The position numbers and the translations under genes were made by a program. A stretch of DNA of 63,862 nt, counting the filler. It is 5 parts of 5 records of this genome, joined end to end, with 100 filler letters (N's around TTAATTAATTAA, not from the genome) between each part and the next. Parts side by side here need not be neighbours in the genome. Positions count along the whole stretch, not along the records: positions 33,884 to 57,158 come from SRR20825006_125; 4 more parts are not named here. The stretch is one strand, 5' to 3'. The notes below the pieces were generated by a model. The model was not told where the DNA came from. It saw only the letters and a program-made list of their open reading frames with translations, and ran no database searches. Shown piece after piece: positions 42,957 to 52,959 of this stretch. The first letter of the stretch is position 1, and every line of letters starts with the position of its first letter.

Positions 42957-43553
42957 TCATTTTAAAAATTCCACCTCCGCATTTGGGTTAAAAAGATAGG
43001 TTCTTCCAGTTGCTACCTCCAAACACTCAAAACGTTTTACACGTTGTTTGCCACGTTTAAAAATTTTGCCATTATACAATCTAAAATGTCCGCCATAAGG
43101 TATTTCAAAGATATAGTTTTTATCATTCGCTGGGTCAAATTGCTTTAATGCCAATGCCAATACCGCATCTGTATCACTCGAAGCCTTTGGATTTTTAAAA
43201 TGGCGCGCCAGCAATGGCAATAATTGGTTTGGAAAAACTTCAGGGCGTAAAAAAGGAAGCATTAAAAGTTGAAAAGTTTTTTTCCACTCTAAGCCATGTG
43301 GTTTTATAAAACGTCCATATTTTGTGAAAGCTTCCAAATGTGCAATTTCATGTACCAACGTAATTAAAAACCGGTATTTGTTTAAAGTTGCATTTACGGT
43401 TATTTGATGTTGACCCGTTGCGGTTTTTCGATAATCTCCATGCCTAGTAACCCGTTCATTTACAATTTTAAGATGCACATTATGCGTTTTTATCAACTCG
43501 AAAGCTGAAACTACAGAAGCTTGTGGAATGTATTTTTCAAGGATTTCTGTCAT
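42957..43553 (-). CDS. SprT-like zinc metalloprotease
   Basis: TLVHEIAH, PHG.EWK. Confidence 0.85.
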   Translation of the reverse strand: MTEILEKYIPQASVVSAFELIKTHNVHLKIVNERVTRHGDYRKTATGQHQITVNATLNKYRFLITLVHEIAHLEAFTKYGRFIKPHGLEWKKTFQLLMLPFLRPEVFPNQLLPLLARHFKNPKASSDTDAVLALALKQFDPANDKNYIFEIPYGGHFRLYNGKIFKRGKQRVKRFECLEVATGRTYLFNPNAEVEFLK

Positions 43554-43556
43554 AAA

Positions 43557-44237
43557 TTAAGGCGTAGTACTTGAAACCTGAAGTATTTTTCCGTTGTAAA
43601 ATTTATTCCCTGTTAGTGAAAAATTCATAATATACTGCCCCATTTCTATGGCAGAAAGCGGGGCTTTAAACCCTGGAAAAGCTTCCGCTAACATTTCTGT
43701 TTGCACAGAACCCAAAGCCAAAACATTAAAAGACGGCCCTGTTTCTTTGTATTCTTCAGCAAGCAATTCGGTTAACGTAATTACGGCACCTTTGCTACTA
43801 CTATATGCACTAAGCCCAGGAAACTTCACACTTCCTTGAATACCGCCCATACTACTAACATTTACCACATGTCCGCTTTTTTCCATAAAAGGGAGCACTG
43901 TTTGTATTAAAGTAGCTACACCAAACACATTTATTTGGTAACATTTTTTAAATTCTTCGGAAGTAATTTCAGAAAAAGATTTGTTTACCAAATGACCAGC
44001 ATTATTTATCAAAACATCCACCGATTTCATGTTTACTTGAAGGTATTCTGAAAGCTTACTGAATTCATTTTCATTCGCAATATCAAAATCGATAGCAGTT
44101 ACATTTTTCAGTTTTAAGGCTGCTACTGGAATTGAATTTCTAGAAAGTGCTAAAACAGTATGTCCTGCTTCCGAAAAAAGCTTTACCATCTCAAAACCTA
44201 TTCCACGGGAAGTACCTGTTATTATTACGTTTTTCAT
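43557..44237 (-). CDS. SDR oxidoreductase
   Basis: TGTSRGIG, NNAG, YSSSKG. Confidence 0.9.
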   Translation of the reverse strand: MKNVIITGTSRGIGFEMVKLFSEAGHTVLALSRNSIPVAALKLKNVTAIDFDIANENEFSKLSEYLQVNMKSVDVLINNAGHLVNKSFSEITSEEFKKCYQINVFGVATLIQTVLPFMEKSGHVVNVSSMGGIQGSVKFPGLSAYSSSKGAVITLTELLAEEYKETGPSFNVLALGSVQTEMLAEAFPGFKAPLSAIEMGQYIMNFSLTGNKFYNGKILQVSSTTP

Positions 44238-44252
44238 ATTTTAAATATACAC

Positions 44253-44293
44253 AAATCCCGATAGATTCACCAAAAAGGAAGCTATCGGGATTT
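44253..44293 (-). terminator. Hairpin after pdhC
   Basis: AAATCCCGATAG...CTATCGGGATTT inverted repeat. Confidence 0.6.
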
Positions 44294-44312
44294 TATTAAA
44301 TAATTAAATTTT

Positions 44313-45953
44313 CTATACAAACATCGTCACAGGATTCTCGATATACTGACGTAAGGTCTGTAAAAATTTAGCTCCCGTTGCCCCATCAACTGTTCTGTGA
44401 TCGCAGGCTAAAGTTACCGTCATTGTATTTCCAACAACAATCTGTCCGTCTTTAACAACTGGTTTTTGTATAATAGCTCCAACAGATAAGATCGCTGAAT
44501 TTGGTTGATTTATTATAGAAGTAAACTCTTTAATTCCAAACATTCCTAGGTTTGAAACTGTAAAGGTACTTCCCTCCATTTCTTGTGGAGTAATTTTTTT
44601 AGTTCGTGCTTTTCCAGCAAGTTCTTTTACCTGACCTCCAATTTGTGAAAACGTCATTTGGTCTGCAAACTTTAAAACTGGCACCAACAAACCTTCATCT
44701 ACTGCAACCGCAACCCCAATATGAATGTGCTTTGCAATTTTAGTAGCTTCTGGAGTCCATTGGCTATTTACTTGTGGATGCTTACGCAATGCCATGGCAC
44801 AGGCTTTTATCACCATATCGTTAAAAGAAATTTTAACGTCTGGATCTGAATTTATAGCTGTACGAGCAGCAATTGCATGATCCATATCCAACTCAATCGT
44901 TAAATAATATTCTGGTGCGGTAAATTTAGATTCGCCCAAACGCTTTGCAATTGTTTTGCGCATTTGAGAATTTTTAACTTCCTCAAAATTTTCAGTTCCA
45001 ACTGGCGTGTATGCTTGACTGCCACTTGCTGTAGGCTGATAATTTTCAATATCGCTTTTTACAATACGACCATTTTCGCCACTACCGTTTACTTGACGTA
45101 AATTGATTCCTTTTTCTTCGGCCAATATTTTAGCTAAAGGCGAAACAAAAATACGTCCTTCATTTAGTGTTTGAGTTGGTTCTGATTTTTTTTCTGAGGG
45201 CGTTGCTTTTTTTGTTTCTTTTACTGAAGTTTCTTCTTTTAAAGGTTTTTCTTCAGAAGTTTTGGTTTCAGAATTTGAAGAAGCATCCTGCTTTTTAAAA
45301 TTTTCAATAATCCCAGAAACATCTGTTCCTTTTGGACCAATAATTGCCAAAACTGCATCAACTAGTGAAGACTCACCTTCGCCAATTCCTATTTTCAATA
45401 AGGTTCCGGAGTAGAAAGATTCAAACTCCATTGTTGCTTTGTCTGTTTCAATCTCAGCAAGAATATCGCCTTCTTCTACGGCATCTCCTTCTTTTTTAAG
45501 CCAAGTTGCAACGGTGCCTTCCGTCATTGTATCACTTAAACGAGGCATTGTAATAACCTCAACACCTTCAGGCAATTCGATTTTATTTGATGAAGTTTCA
45601 GTTTTTTCTTCTGAATTTTCCTCCTTATCAGCTACTTCTTTTTCGCTTTTAGTTGCTTCTTTTTTTGAACCTTTATCAGAAGATTTCCCGCTTAATAAAT
45701 CTGAAATATCTTCTCCTTTTTCACCAATAATTGCTAAAAGTGAATCAACCTTAGCGGTTTCTCCTTCTTGAATCCCAATATGAAGCAAGGTTCCTTCATA
45801 AAAAGACTCAAACTCCATTGTGGCTTTATCAGTTTCAATTTCGGCAAGAATATCGCCTTCTTTTACAGTATCACCCACTTTTATAAGCCAGGTTGCCACT
45901 GTACCTTCTTCCATCGTGTCGCTCAATCGCGGCATGTTTATTACTTCTGCCAT
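44313..45953 (-). CDS. pdhC: Pyruvate dehydrogenase E2 (two lipoyl domains)
   Basis: Two EIETDKATME lipoyl motifs, SPLA...GSG..GRI.K.D, TVSNLGMFG, DHRTVDGA. Confidence 0.95.
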   Translation of the reverse strand: MAEVINMPRLSDTMEEGTVATWLIKVGDTVKEGDILAEIETDKATMEFESFYEGTLLHIGIQEGETAKVDSLLAIIGEKGEDISDLLSGKSSDKGSKKEATKSEKEVADKEENSEEKTETSSNKIELPEGVEVITMPRLSDTMTEGTVATWLKKEGDAVEEGDILAEIETDKATMEFESFYSGTLLKIGIGEGESSLVDAVLAIIGPKGTDVSGIIENFKKQDASSNSETKTSEEKPLKEETSVKETKKATPSEKKSEPTQTLNEGRIFVSPLAKILAEEKGINLRQVNGSGENGRIVKSDIENYQPTASGSQAYTPVGTENFEEVKNSQMRKTIAKRLGESKFTAPEYYLTIELDMDHAIAARTAINSDPDVKISFNDMVIKACAMALRKHPQVNSQWTPEATKIAKHIHIGVAVAVDEGLLVPVLKFADQMTFSQIGGQVKELAGKARTKKITPQEMEGSTFTVSNLGMFGIKEFTSIINQPNSAILSVGAIIQKPVVKDGQIVVGNTMTVTLACDHRTVDGATGAKFLQTLRQYIENPVTMFV

Positions 45954-45956
45954 TTC

Positions 45957-46955
45957 TTATAATTTATCTGATAAAAAAGGATAATCTTCCTGCTCGTAAA
46001 CAACATCGAACATTACATTTTTCTCTGGATATGGCGAATCTTCAGCGAATTTTTCACATTCATTCACTAAATCTTTCACTCTTTTGTCAATCTTTTTAAT
46101 TTCAGCTTCAGTTGCCCATTTATTTTCATAAATCTGGTGAAGCACGTATGTAATTGGATCTTCTTCTTGCTTTTTGGCAACTTCTTCTTTGGTACGGTAA
46201 TGTTGTGCATCACTCATAGAGTGCCCACGATAACGGTAGGTTCTTAACTCTAAAAATGTAGGGCCATCACCGCGACGTGCGCGCTGAATTGCTTCATCCA
46301 TTTCTTTAGCAACAACCTCTGGTTTCATAGCATCTACAGGCTTGCAAGGCATTTCATAACCAAGACCAAGCTTCCAAATATCGCTATGGTTTGCTGTTCT
46401 TTCTACAGAAGTTCCCATTGCATAGCCATTGTTTTCTACACAAAAAACCACTGGAAGTTTCCAAAGCATTGCAAGGTTAAAAGTTTCGTGAAGCGAACCC
46501 TGACGTGTTGCACCATCACCCATATAGGTTAAGGTTACAGCATCTCTATTGAAATATTTATCGGCAAAAGCTAAACCTGCACCTAATGGAATTTGACCTC
46601 CAACGATCCCGTGACCTCCATAAAAACGGTGTTCTTTTGAAAAAATATGCATAGAACCACCCAAACCTTGTGAAGTCCCTGTGCTTTTCCCATAAAGTTC
46701 AGCCATTACTTTTCTAGGATCTACGCCCATACCAATTGGCTGAACGTGGTTTCGGTAGGCAGTAATCATTTTGTCTTTTGAAAGATCCATTGCGTGCAAT
46801 GCACCCGCTAAAACAGCTTCTTGACCATTATAAAGGTGAAGGAAACCTCTTACCTTTTGATTGATATATACTTGCGCTAGTTTATCTTCAAACTTGCGCC
46901 AAAATAGCATGTTTTCGTACCAATCTAGGTACGTTTTTTTGGTGATTTTCTTCAT
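45957..46955 (-). CDS. pdhA: Pyruvate dehydrogenase E1 alpha
   Basis: RGFLHLYNGQEA, GGSMH, GDGA..QG, ENN, YRYRGHSMSD. Confidence 0.96.
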   Translation of the reverse strand: MKKITKKTYLDWYENMLFWRKFEDKLAQVYINQKVRGFLHLYNGQEAVLAGALHAMDLSKDKMITAYRNHVQPIGMGVDPRKVMAELYGKSTGTSQGLGGSMHIFSKEHRFYGGHGIVGGQIPLGAGLAFADKYFNRDAVTLTYMGDGATRQGSLHETFNLAMLWKLPVVFCVENNGYAMGTSVERTANHSDIWKLGLGYEMPCKPVDAMKPEVVAKEMDEAIQRARRGDGPTFLELRTYRYRGHSMSDAQHYRTKEEVAKKQEEDPITYVLHQIYENKWATEAEIKKIDKRVKDLVNECEKFAEDSPYPEKNVMFDVVYEQEDYPFLSDKL

Positions 46956-47002
46956 CTATCGGCTATAAGTATCTCCCGAAGGAAAATTTATTAAACGGAT
47001 AA

Positions 47003-47010
47003 CAAAAATA
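47003..47010 (-). promoter_or_regulatory. Bacteroidota -7 promoter element upstream of pdhA
   Basis: Minus strand TATTTTTG fits TAnnTTTG. Confidence 0.5.
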
Positions 47011-47186
47011 GCACTTTATATGCAGAAAAAGCAAATTACAATTCTCAAATTCTAAATCTCAAAAAAAAAATAAAAAACACCTTATAAACTTCTAGAATAT
47101 AAGAATGATAAATTGAAGATTAGAAACTCCAGCTATTGATAAATCTGAAGTTTTTTGATAGTTTAAAATTGAAGCTTGCCGTTTCT

Positions 47187-47669
47187 TTAAAGGTATTTTC
47201 CATCAAAACTTAATGGCAACAAATCCATTACAGAAGCCATTTTAATGATGTTTCCTGTTTCGCCCATAAAATAAATTTCAATTGGGCTTTCCTGTTTTTT
47301 CTCGTATTCAGAAAGGGATTGTCTACATGCGCCGCAGGGAGCGATTGCTTCCGTTGTTAACTGATTTTCGGAACGTGCAGTAATTGCAAGGGTTGTAATG
47401 GTTTGATTGGGAAAATTTGCTCCAGCATTAAAAATTGCGACTCTCTCTGCACAAAGGCCAGACGGAAAAGCAGCATTTTCTTGATTATTTCCTGTTACAA
47501 TTTGCCCTGAAGAAAGGCGCAGAGCTGCACCTACTCTAAAATGTGAATAAGGCGCATAAGCATTTTCACGTGCTTGCTGCGCCTTATTCATTAATTCTTG
47601 AATATCTTTTGGAAGTTCTGAAACAGTATCAAAAACTTCTAGGTCAATTTCAATTTTTTGTTTTTTCAC
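47187..47669 (-). CDS. cdd: Cytidine deaminase
   Basis: AYAPYS.F.VGAA, NQENA, CAER, PCGACRQ. Confidence 0.93.
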   Translation of the reverse strand: MKKQKIEIDLEVFDTVSELPKDIQELMNKAQQARENAYAPYSHFRVGAALRLSSGQIVTGNNQENAAFPSGLCAERVAIFNAGANFPNQTITTLAITARSENQLTTEAIAPCGACRQSLSEYEKKQESPIEIYFMGETGNIIKMASVMDLLPLSFDGKYL

Positions 47670-47678
47670 TTGTTATTT

Positions 47679-48839
47679 CTAGTATTCGTCGTACGAATCT
47701 CCGAAGTTGAATGTAAGTCCAAAACGAAGTGTTCCATCCAATGGGCTATTTGCCAGTTTAGACGTAGAGAATAAATATGAAATATCAATATTGATTGCAG
47801 TATAACGGAAACCTGCTCCTAATGAAGCAAATTTTCTTGAGCCTTTATCGTCGCTTTCATTAAAGTAACCTGCTCTAAAAGCAAACACATCTTGGTACCA
47901 GTATTCAGCTCCTAAAGACCATGTAAATTCTTTTAACTCTTCTCCAAAACCGTCTGGAGCATCACCAAAAGAAGAAAACATTCCACTAACAAAACTTTCG
48001 TTGTAGTAATCGTCTTCACTATTAATTACACCATCTTCGTTTGAATCGCTTGGTGTTGGCACTAATAATTTGTTAGCTTGAGCTGAAACACCTACTTTGT
48101 TGTATTCGTCAAGAATAAAATCGAATCCACCACCAAGGGCAAGATTTGTTGGAAGGTTGCTTTCAGAACCTACTTCATCATACTTTAATTTTGGACCAAT
48201 ATTCGAAATATTGAAACCCATTCTCCAACGCCCATCAAAATCGTTGTAAGGAATTTCTTCACTTTGATAATAACCTGCAACATCTACTGCAAATGAACTT
48301 GCAGCGGAAGCATCATCGTTTGAGGTTTGTAATTTTAGGTCTGAACGAATATACCTACCCGCAACAGCCATTGCAAAACGTTCACTTAATCTAAGTGAAT
48401 AAGAAACATCAAAAAGAAGTTCGTTTGGTTTTACTAATAAAGGTACTTCGTCTGCAGTTTGGCGAAGTTCTATTTCACCATTACTGAAATAACGAAAACT
48501 TGCAGCAACCGCGCTTTTTTCGTTTAATCTATTATAATAGGTAAGATTTCCTAAAAATATATCGTTTACCAATTTACTAAGGTAAGGTGTATAAGTTACA
48601 CCTACTCCTTGTTTTGATAGTGAAAAAGCATATTTTGCAGGATTCCATTGTTGCGAAAAAGCATCTGCTGAAGTTACAACCCCCATATCCCCCATACCAG
48701 CTGCACGTGGATCAGCAGCTATCAATACAAACGGAACACCTGTAGTAATCACACGGTTTTCAATTCCTGTATTGTCTTCTTGCGCCATAGATTTAAAAGC
48801 AACTAAACCTAATAAAATTGGAATAAATAATTTCTTCAT
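47679..48839 (-). CDS. porV: T9SS shuttle barrel PorV
   Basis: ITTGVPF..IA.D.RAAGMGD, WNPAKYAF, YTPYL..LVNDI, KGSRKF. Directly downstream of porU. Confidence 0.93.
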   Translation of the reverse strand: MKKLFIPILLGLVAFKSMAQEDNTGIENRVITTGVPFVLIAADPRAAGMGDMGVVTSADAFSQQWNPAKYAFSLSKQGVGVTYTPYLSKLVNDIFLGNLTYYNRLNEKSAVAASFRYFSNGEIELRQTADEVPLLVKPNELLFDVSYSLRLSERFAMAVAGRYIRSDLKLQTSNDDASAASSFAVDVAGYYQSEEIPYNDFDGRWRMGFNISNIGPKLKYDEVGSESNLPTNLALGGGFDFILDEYNKVGVSAQANKLLVPTPSDSNEDGVINSEDDYYNESFVSGMFSSFGDAPDGFGEELKEFTWSLGAEYWYQDVFAFRAGYFNESDDKGSRKFASLGAGFRYTAINIDISYLFSTSKLANSPLDGTLRFGLTFNFGDSYDEY

Positions 48840-48855
48840 GTTAAATAATTTTGAG

Positions 48856-48863
48856 CAAATATA
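48856..48863 (-). promoter_or_regulatory. Bacteroidota -7 promoter element upstream of porV
   Basis: Minus strand TATATTTG. Confidence 0.5.
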
Positions 48864-48873
48864 ATTTTAATTT

Positions 48874-51800
48874 TTAAAGGATAACGAGTTTCTCGAATTT
48901 TTCAACCCGCTGATTTGTTAACGCAGATCTTACCGTAATCTTATAAACATAGACACCTTTTCCGATGCGATCGCCAAAATCATCGCGGCCATCCCAAGTG
49001 ATTTCACGACTAAGGTAGCTACCAGACGGGGCTAAGCTTGCATTTTTTGTCCAAACTACTTTCCCAGTAACCGTAAATACCTGAACCTGTACATCAAGGG
49101 TTTCATCTGGTCTGTTATGATTAAACCAAAATTCGGTGTAATTAACAAATGGATTTGGGTAATTAAGTACGCGGCTTATTTCTAACTTTTCACTACCAGC
49201 AACAATAAATTGTATTTCTGCTGTGGATGAATTATTATAAACATCCCACGCTTTCAGGGTTAGTGTATGCAAACCGTCTTCTAAATCACGGAATTTATAA
49301 TTTGTAATCCCTTTGGTATAATCATCTACTTCGGCTTGGTAAAATTCATTTAAAAGAAAAGGATTAGACTCATCGCCATCGAGCACCGCAACAATATCAT
49401 GTCCAATACCACTTGCCGTATTAATTCCGTTAGGATCTTCTAGTTTCACGAGTAAAATTGGTGAGTCATCAGTAATTCCACCTGAAACGAAACTTTCATC
49501 ATTCATAAAAAGCTTAATAGCTGGACCTTCATTGTCTTCGGGAGCATCCTCATTTAAGCCTCCTACATTCAAATCGAGATTTACACCGGTTTGGTCCTCC
49601 AAAACATCATTTCTTTTTGAATAGAGACTTACCCTTCCCTTACCAACTGGGATTTGTATATCGCGTGGAACTACAAACTCAAACTCAAAAACACCGTTTG
49701 TAATGGATGCTTGACCGTTAAAAAGACCTTCACCCAAAGTAGTGAAATCCATAAATTTATTGTTCCCATCGTTATCTAGCGTTCTACGATTTACTTTTTT
49801 ATCATATATTTTTGCCTCCAGCACACCGTTATATTCCGACATTAAGGAACCACTTTGGCTTAAAACCTCACCTTCCAATTTTATTTTACTTAGCGCTTTT
49901 AAGGTATCTGTAGCTTGGGCAATAGGCACACCGTTTAACTTTGTTAAGCGAATACTTTTTTTAGGGAATGCAAGTCGCATTGCTGGGTCTCCAATGTAAA
50001 AAACAACCCGTCTAAGGGTTCTACCCACTCCCATAGTATTCTTTGAAATTCGCAATCCTTCAGCCGGAGTATTTGGAGGGTCATCACTAAACCCGAATAA
50101 TTGATCCGCCAATAACTCATTAAATGTAACCCCATCATTTATATAAATTGCCCTGGTGGTTGTAACTAGTGATATAGCACCACCTTCCTTATTTTGATAG
50201 GTAAGCTCCCCAGCTGTAATTCGTAATGGGTTATCGAATTTTGTAAACTCGCAAGTAACTGTTATGATACAGGGAAGGTTATCTGAATTTTTTAACTCAA
50301 TTGCTGTTTCTTTTGTATAAATGACTTCTGAAGACAAGCCATCTTCACCTCCATGACCAAAATAATCTATAATAATCGCGCCAACATCAATAGCACTTTT
50401 AATGGCGTCATTAACTTCGGGATAGCGATTTCCTCCGGCTGAAGCTTGTTGTTGGTAGGAATCTGAGTGAATTTTTTTTACATTTATAAAAGGCTTTTCG
50501 GCTTCAATTACATTTCCTAGAGAATCTAATTTTTTTTCTAATATGTCTTCAGATGCTTTATCTACATCATCAGAAATTAACACGAAATTATTTCTCCAGT
50601 TACCATAAGAAGACTGGGATTCATACCTAATAATTTTATCTACCATAGCGTTTGCCAGTGAAACATTATCCACAACAATTCTTCCCATTGCTATATCTAA
50701 CAAATCAATATCTGTTAACGCGCTATTATTGCCAATATCATAGGTTCTACCTCCAATTGTACCTTCATCTTCGTCCATATTACCGAAAAAATCATCAGAC
50801 ATAAATGAGCTACTAATACTAGTGCCCAGTTGTGTTTGGTAGGTTGCCACTATATTATTATTGTTCGCTAGCCGGTTTTTGTAATCAATGGATGCATCGC
50901 CCATTATCCCAACATACTTAACACGTTTATCTATAGAAGAAGCATTGTAATAAACATACCTGATAAAATTTCTAATTGCAGCAATGTCTTGTCTTCCGGA
51001 ACTAAACTCTTCATAAATTTTATCGGTAGTAACCACCTTTACATTGAGCCCTTGAAGGTTTTTATGATAAGTAGCCAAACGTAATGCTGGCTGAATCAGA
51101 AACGGAGCTGTAATAATAATGTAATCTACATCTTTAAAATTTCCAGATTGATCTTTAAAAATAGTCCCTTTTAAATTTTGGTTTTGAACTTGGGACTGTG
51201 CAAGTTTCACTGGAACATAATAGTCATTTGGATTTATTGCAACGTAATTTCGCACTTGCCCCATTGTTTGCTTAAAACTTAATGTAGCCTCATTATTTTC
51301 ATTTTGTTTTGAAGTGATAAACTGAAAGTCTGTTACATCCCAAACTTGTGAAAACTGCGTAGCATTTGTTATTTGATACTCCCCTACTCCTGTTATTGTT
51401 GCGGCATCATTATATTGAAAAAGCAATTGACCAGTTACACCGCTCAATTTTCGTTTTGCCCAAATACTAATATAATCTAGATACCCAACACTGGACGGGT
51501 TACTAGCATTGTTATACTCCAAATCTACAGTCACAGTTTCCCCACTTGCTGGAATATCGACCGTTAATTGATCCATACCTAATAAGTTTCCATTCCCTAA
51601 TTTGGCAAAATTAAGTGGATCCAAACTCGTGCTATTTGCAGACACCGCCATTGAGGTCGTGCTTTCTGAGGTTGCTGCTGCTTTTACTGTAAGTGTAATT
51701 GGTTTTCCTGAAATAATGTTGGGAAATTCAAAACTAAAACTCTGTTCACTTTCAATATCAAAACGGTTCCCGAACCACTTTCTTCCAACTTTTGAAGGGC

Positions 51801-52740
51801 TATACTCGTCTTTTTCATAAAATTGATAATCATCAAACTCAGTGATATTTATATTTGCTGCGCCAGAAGGCTCTACCATTGGCACCACTCTTTTCCCAGG
51901 AGCCCCACCAACAGTAACATAATAATAGGAATCGTCACTATATGGATTTAGATTTGAATCATTTTCCTTCACATATCCTTCGGTACTAGTTCCATAAAAC
52001 AAAATGTAGTCTCCACCATCAAAACTACCATCTGCTTCACCTACAACCTGTATTGCATTTTCAGGTAAATCAAAATATTTGGTTTGTCTATTTAATAAAG
52101 GAAGTGAGTTTCCACCGTTACCATAAATTTTAATATTTCTAGGGTTAATACCATCTGTATTCATTCCCAAATCATTTAGAAATGATCTGTCTAACTTATA
52201 AACCCCCGTTTTAGGCACTTTAAATTTAAACCATTGCCCAGTTGCTAAAACTGAATTGGTTATTGCAGGAGGTGCGTTTTTACGCTGAGAACCATAGGTA
52301 TAGTTAATATCAAAAGAAAGTACTTTTTGATAGGTTCCATTATTTTTTATGATAGGAGAAATATTGAAAATAGTATAAAGCTCATCTCTCGCCATTGTAC
52401 TAGAAATAGAATATTCAAGCTTAGTTGGTAAGTTATTAGGATTTATTTTTTTTAATTCTTCTGAAGAAACAGATCCATAACGCACATTCGTAACAGTTAT
52501 GGAGTTTTTATCAGCAAAACCACCGTCTTTCCATTGGGTTGCATAACTCACATTATCCTTATTCAACTGAAGCTTAAGTCTATCTAAAGCTTCTTCATAG
52601 GCAGAACCTGAAGATTTTCCACCAGCGAAACTTTTGGATGTGCTGGTTGAAGCACCCCAATTTATAGTTATGCTTTTTGATTGCGCTTTTCCTATAAAAG
52701 GCATCAAAATTAGGGTAAATAAAAGTATCGTTTTTCTCAT
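48874..52740 (-). CDS. porU: T9SS sortase PorU (peptidase C25)
   Basis: SVLATGQWFK, C25 domain with YFGHGG and VTCEF catalytic dyad, AWDVYNN, CTD (NYPNPF...WDGRDD.G..IGKGVY.Y). Start moved to ATG 52740. Confidence 0.94.
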   Translation of the reverse strand: MRKTILLFTLILMPFIGKAQSKSITINWGASTSTSKSFAGGKSSGSAYEEALDRLKLQLNKDNVSYATQWKDGGFADKNSITVTNVRYGSVSSEELKKINPNNLPTKLEYSISSTMARDELYTIFNISPIIKNNGTYQKVLSFDINYTYGSQRKNAPPAITNSVLATGQWFKFKVPKTGVYKLDRSFLNDLGMNTDGINPRNIKIYGNGGNSLPLLNRQTKYFDLPENAIQVVGEADGSFDGGDYILFYGTSTEGYVKENDSNLNPYSDDSYYYVTVGGAPGKRVVPMVEPSGAANINITEFDDYQFYEKDEYSPSKVGRKWFGNRFDIESEQSFSFEFPNIISGKPITLTVKAAATSESTTSMAVSANSTSLDPLNFAKLGNGNLLGMDQLTVDIPASGETVTVDLEYNNASNPSSVGYLDYISIWAKRKLSGVTGQLLFQYNDAATITGVGEYQITNATQFSQVWDVTDFQFITSKQNENNEATLSFKQTMGQVRNYVAINPNDYYVPVKLAQSQVQNQNLKGTIFKDQSGNFKDVDYIIITAPFLIQPALRLATYHKNLQGLNVKVVTTDKIYEEFSSGRQDIAAIRNFIRYVYYNASSIDKRVKYVGIMGDASIDYKNRLANNNNIVATYQTQLGTSISSSFMSDDFFGNMDEDEGTIGGRTYDIGNNSALTDIDLLDIAMGRIVVDNVSLANAMVDKIIRYESQSSYGNWRNNFVLISDDVDKASEDILEKKLDSLGNVIEAEKPFINVKKIHSDSYQQQASAGGNRYPEVNDAIKSAIDVGAIIIDYFGHGGEDGLSSEVIYTKETAIELKNSDNLPCIITVTCEFTKFDNPLRITAGELTYQNKEGGAISLVTTTRAIYINDGVTFNELLADQLFGFSDDPPNTPAEGLRISKNTMGVGRTLRRVVFYIGDPAMRLAFPKKSIRLTKLNGVPIAQATDTLKALSKIKLEGEVLSQSGSLMSEYNGVLEAKIYDKKVNRRTLDNDGNNKFMDFTTLGEGLFNGQASITNGVFEFEFVVPRDIQIPVGKGRVSLYSKRNDVLEDQTGVNLDLNVGGLNEDAPEDNEGPAIKLFMNDESFVSGGITDDSPILLVKLEDPNGINTASGIGHDIVAVLDGDESNPFLLNEFYQAEVDDYTKGITNYKFRDLEDGLHTLTLKAWDVYNNSSTAEIQFIVAGSEKLEISRVLNYPNPFVNYTEFWFNHNRPDETLDVQVQVFTVTGKVVWTKNASLAPSGSYLSREITWDGRDDFGDRIGKGVYVYKITVRSALTNQRVEKFEKLVIL

Positions 52741-52757
52741 TAGTACCATTAACGCTG

Positions 52758-52842
52758 CAAATATACACTTAGTATAAGCTAACAATTTAAACTTTTCACC
52801 TAAAATGATATTAGGATAATAATTTTAAAACTAATACGTTTG
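52758..52842. promoter_or_regulatory. Divergent Bacteroidota -7 elements for porU and gldJ
   Basis: TATATTTG on the minus strand (52758-52765) and TACGTTTG on the plus strand (52835-52842). Confidence 0.5.
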
Positions 52843-52959
52843 CATACCAGATTGGTCTTAAAATCTTTTAAAACCCTACAATACAATATTAACAAAATAT
52901 TATTGTGTTTTTATCGTTAATTACTATATTGCGAACCCAATTTTATCATATTTGAATTT

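Noticed and set aside
44313-46955. pdhA-pdhC without pdhB
   Set aside because: Usual arrangement in Flavobacteriaceae, where pdhB lies elsewhere.
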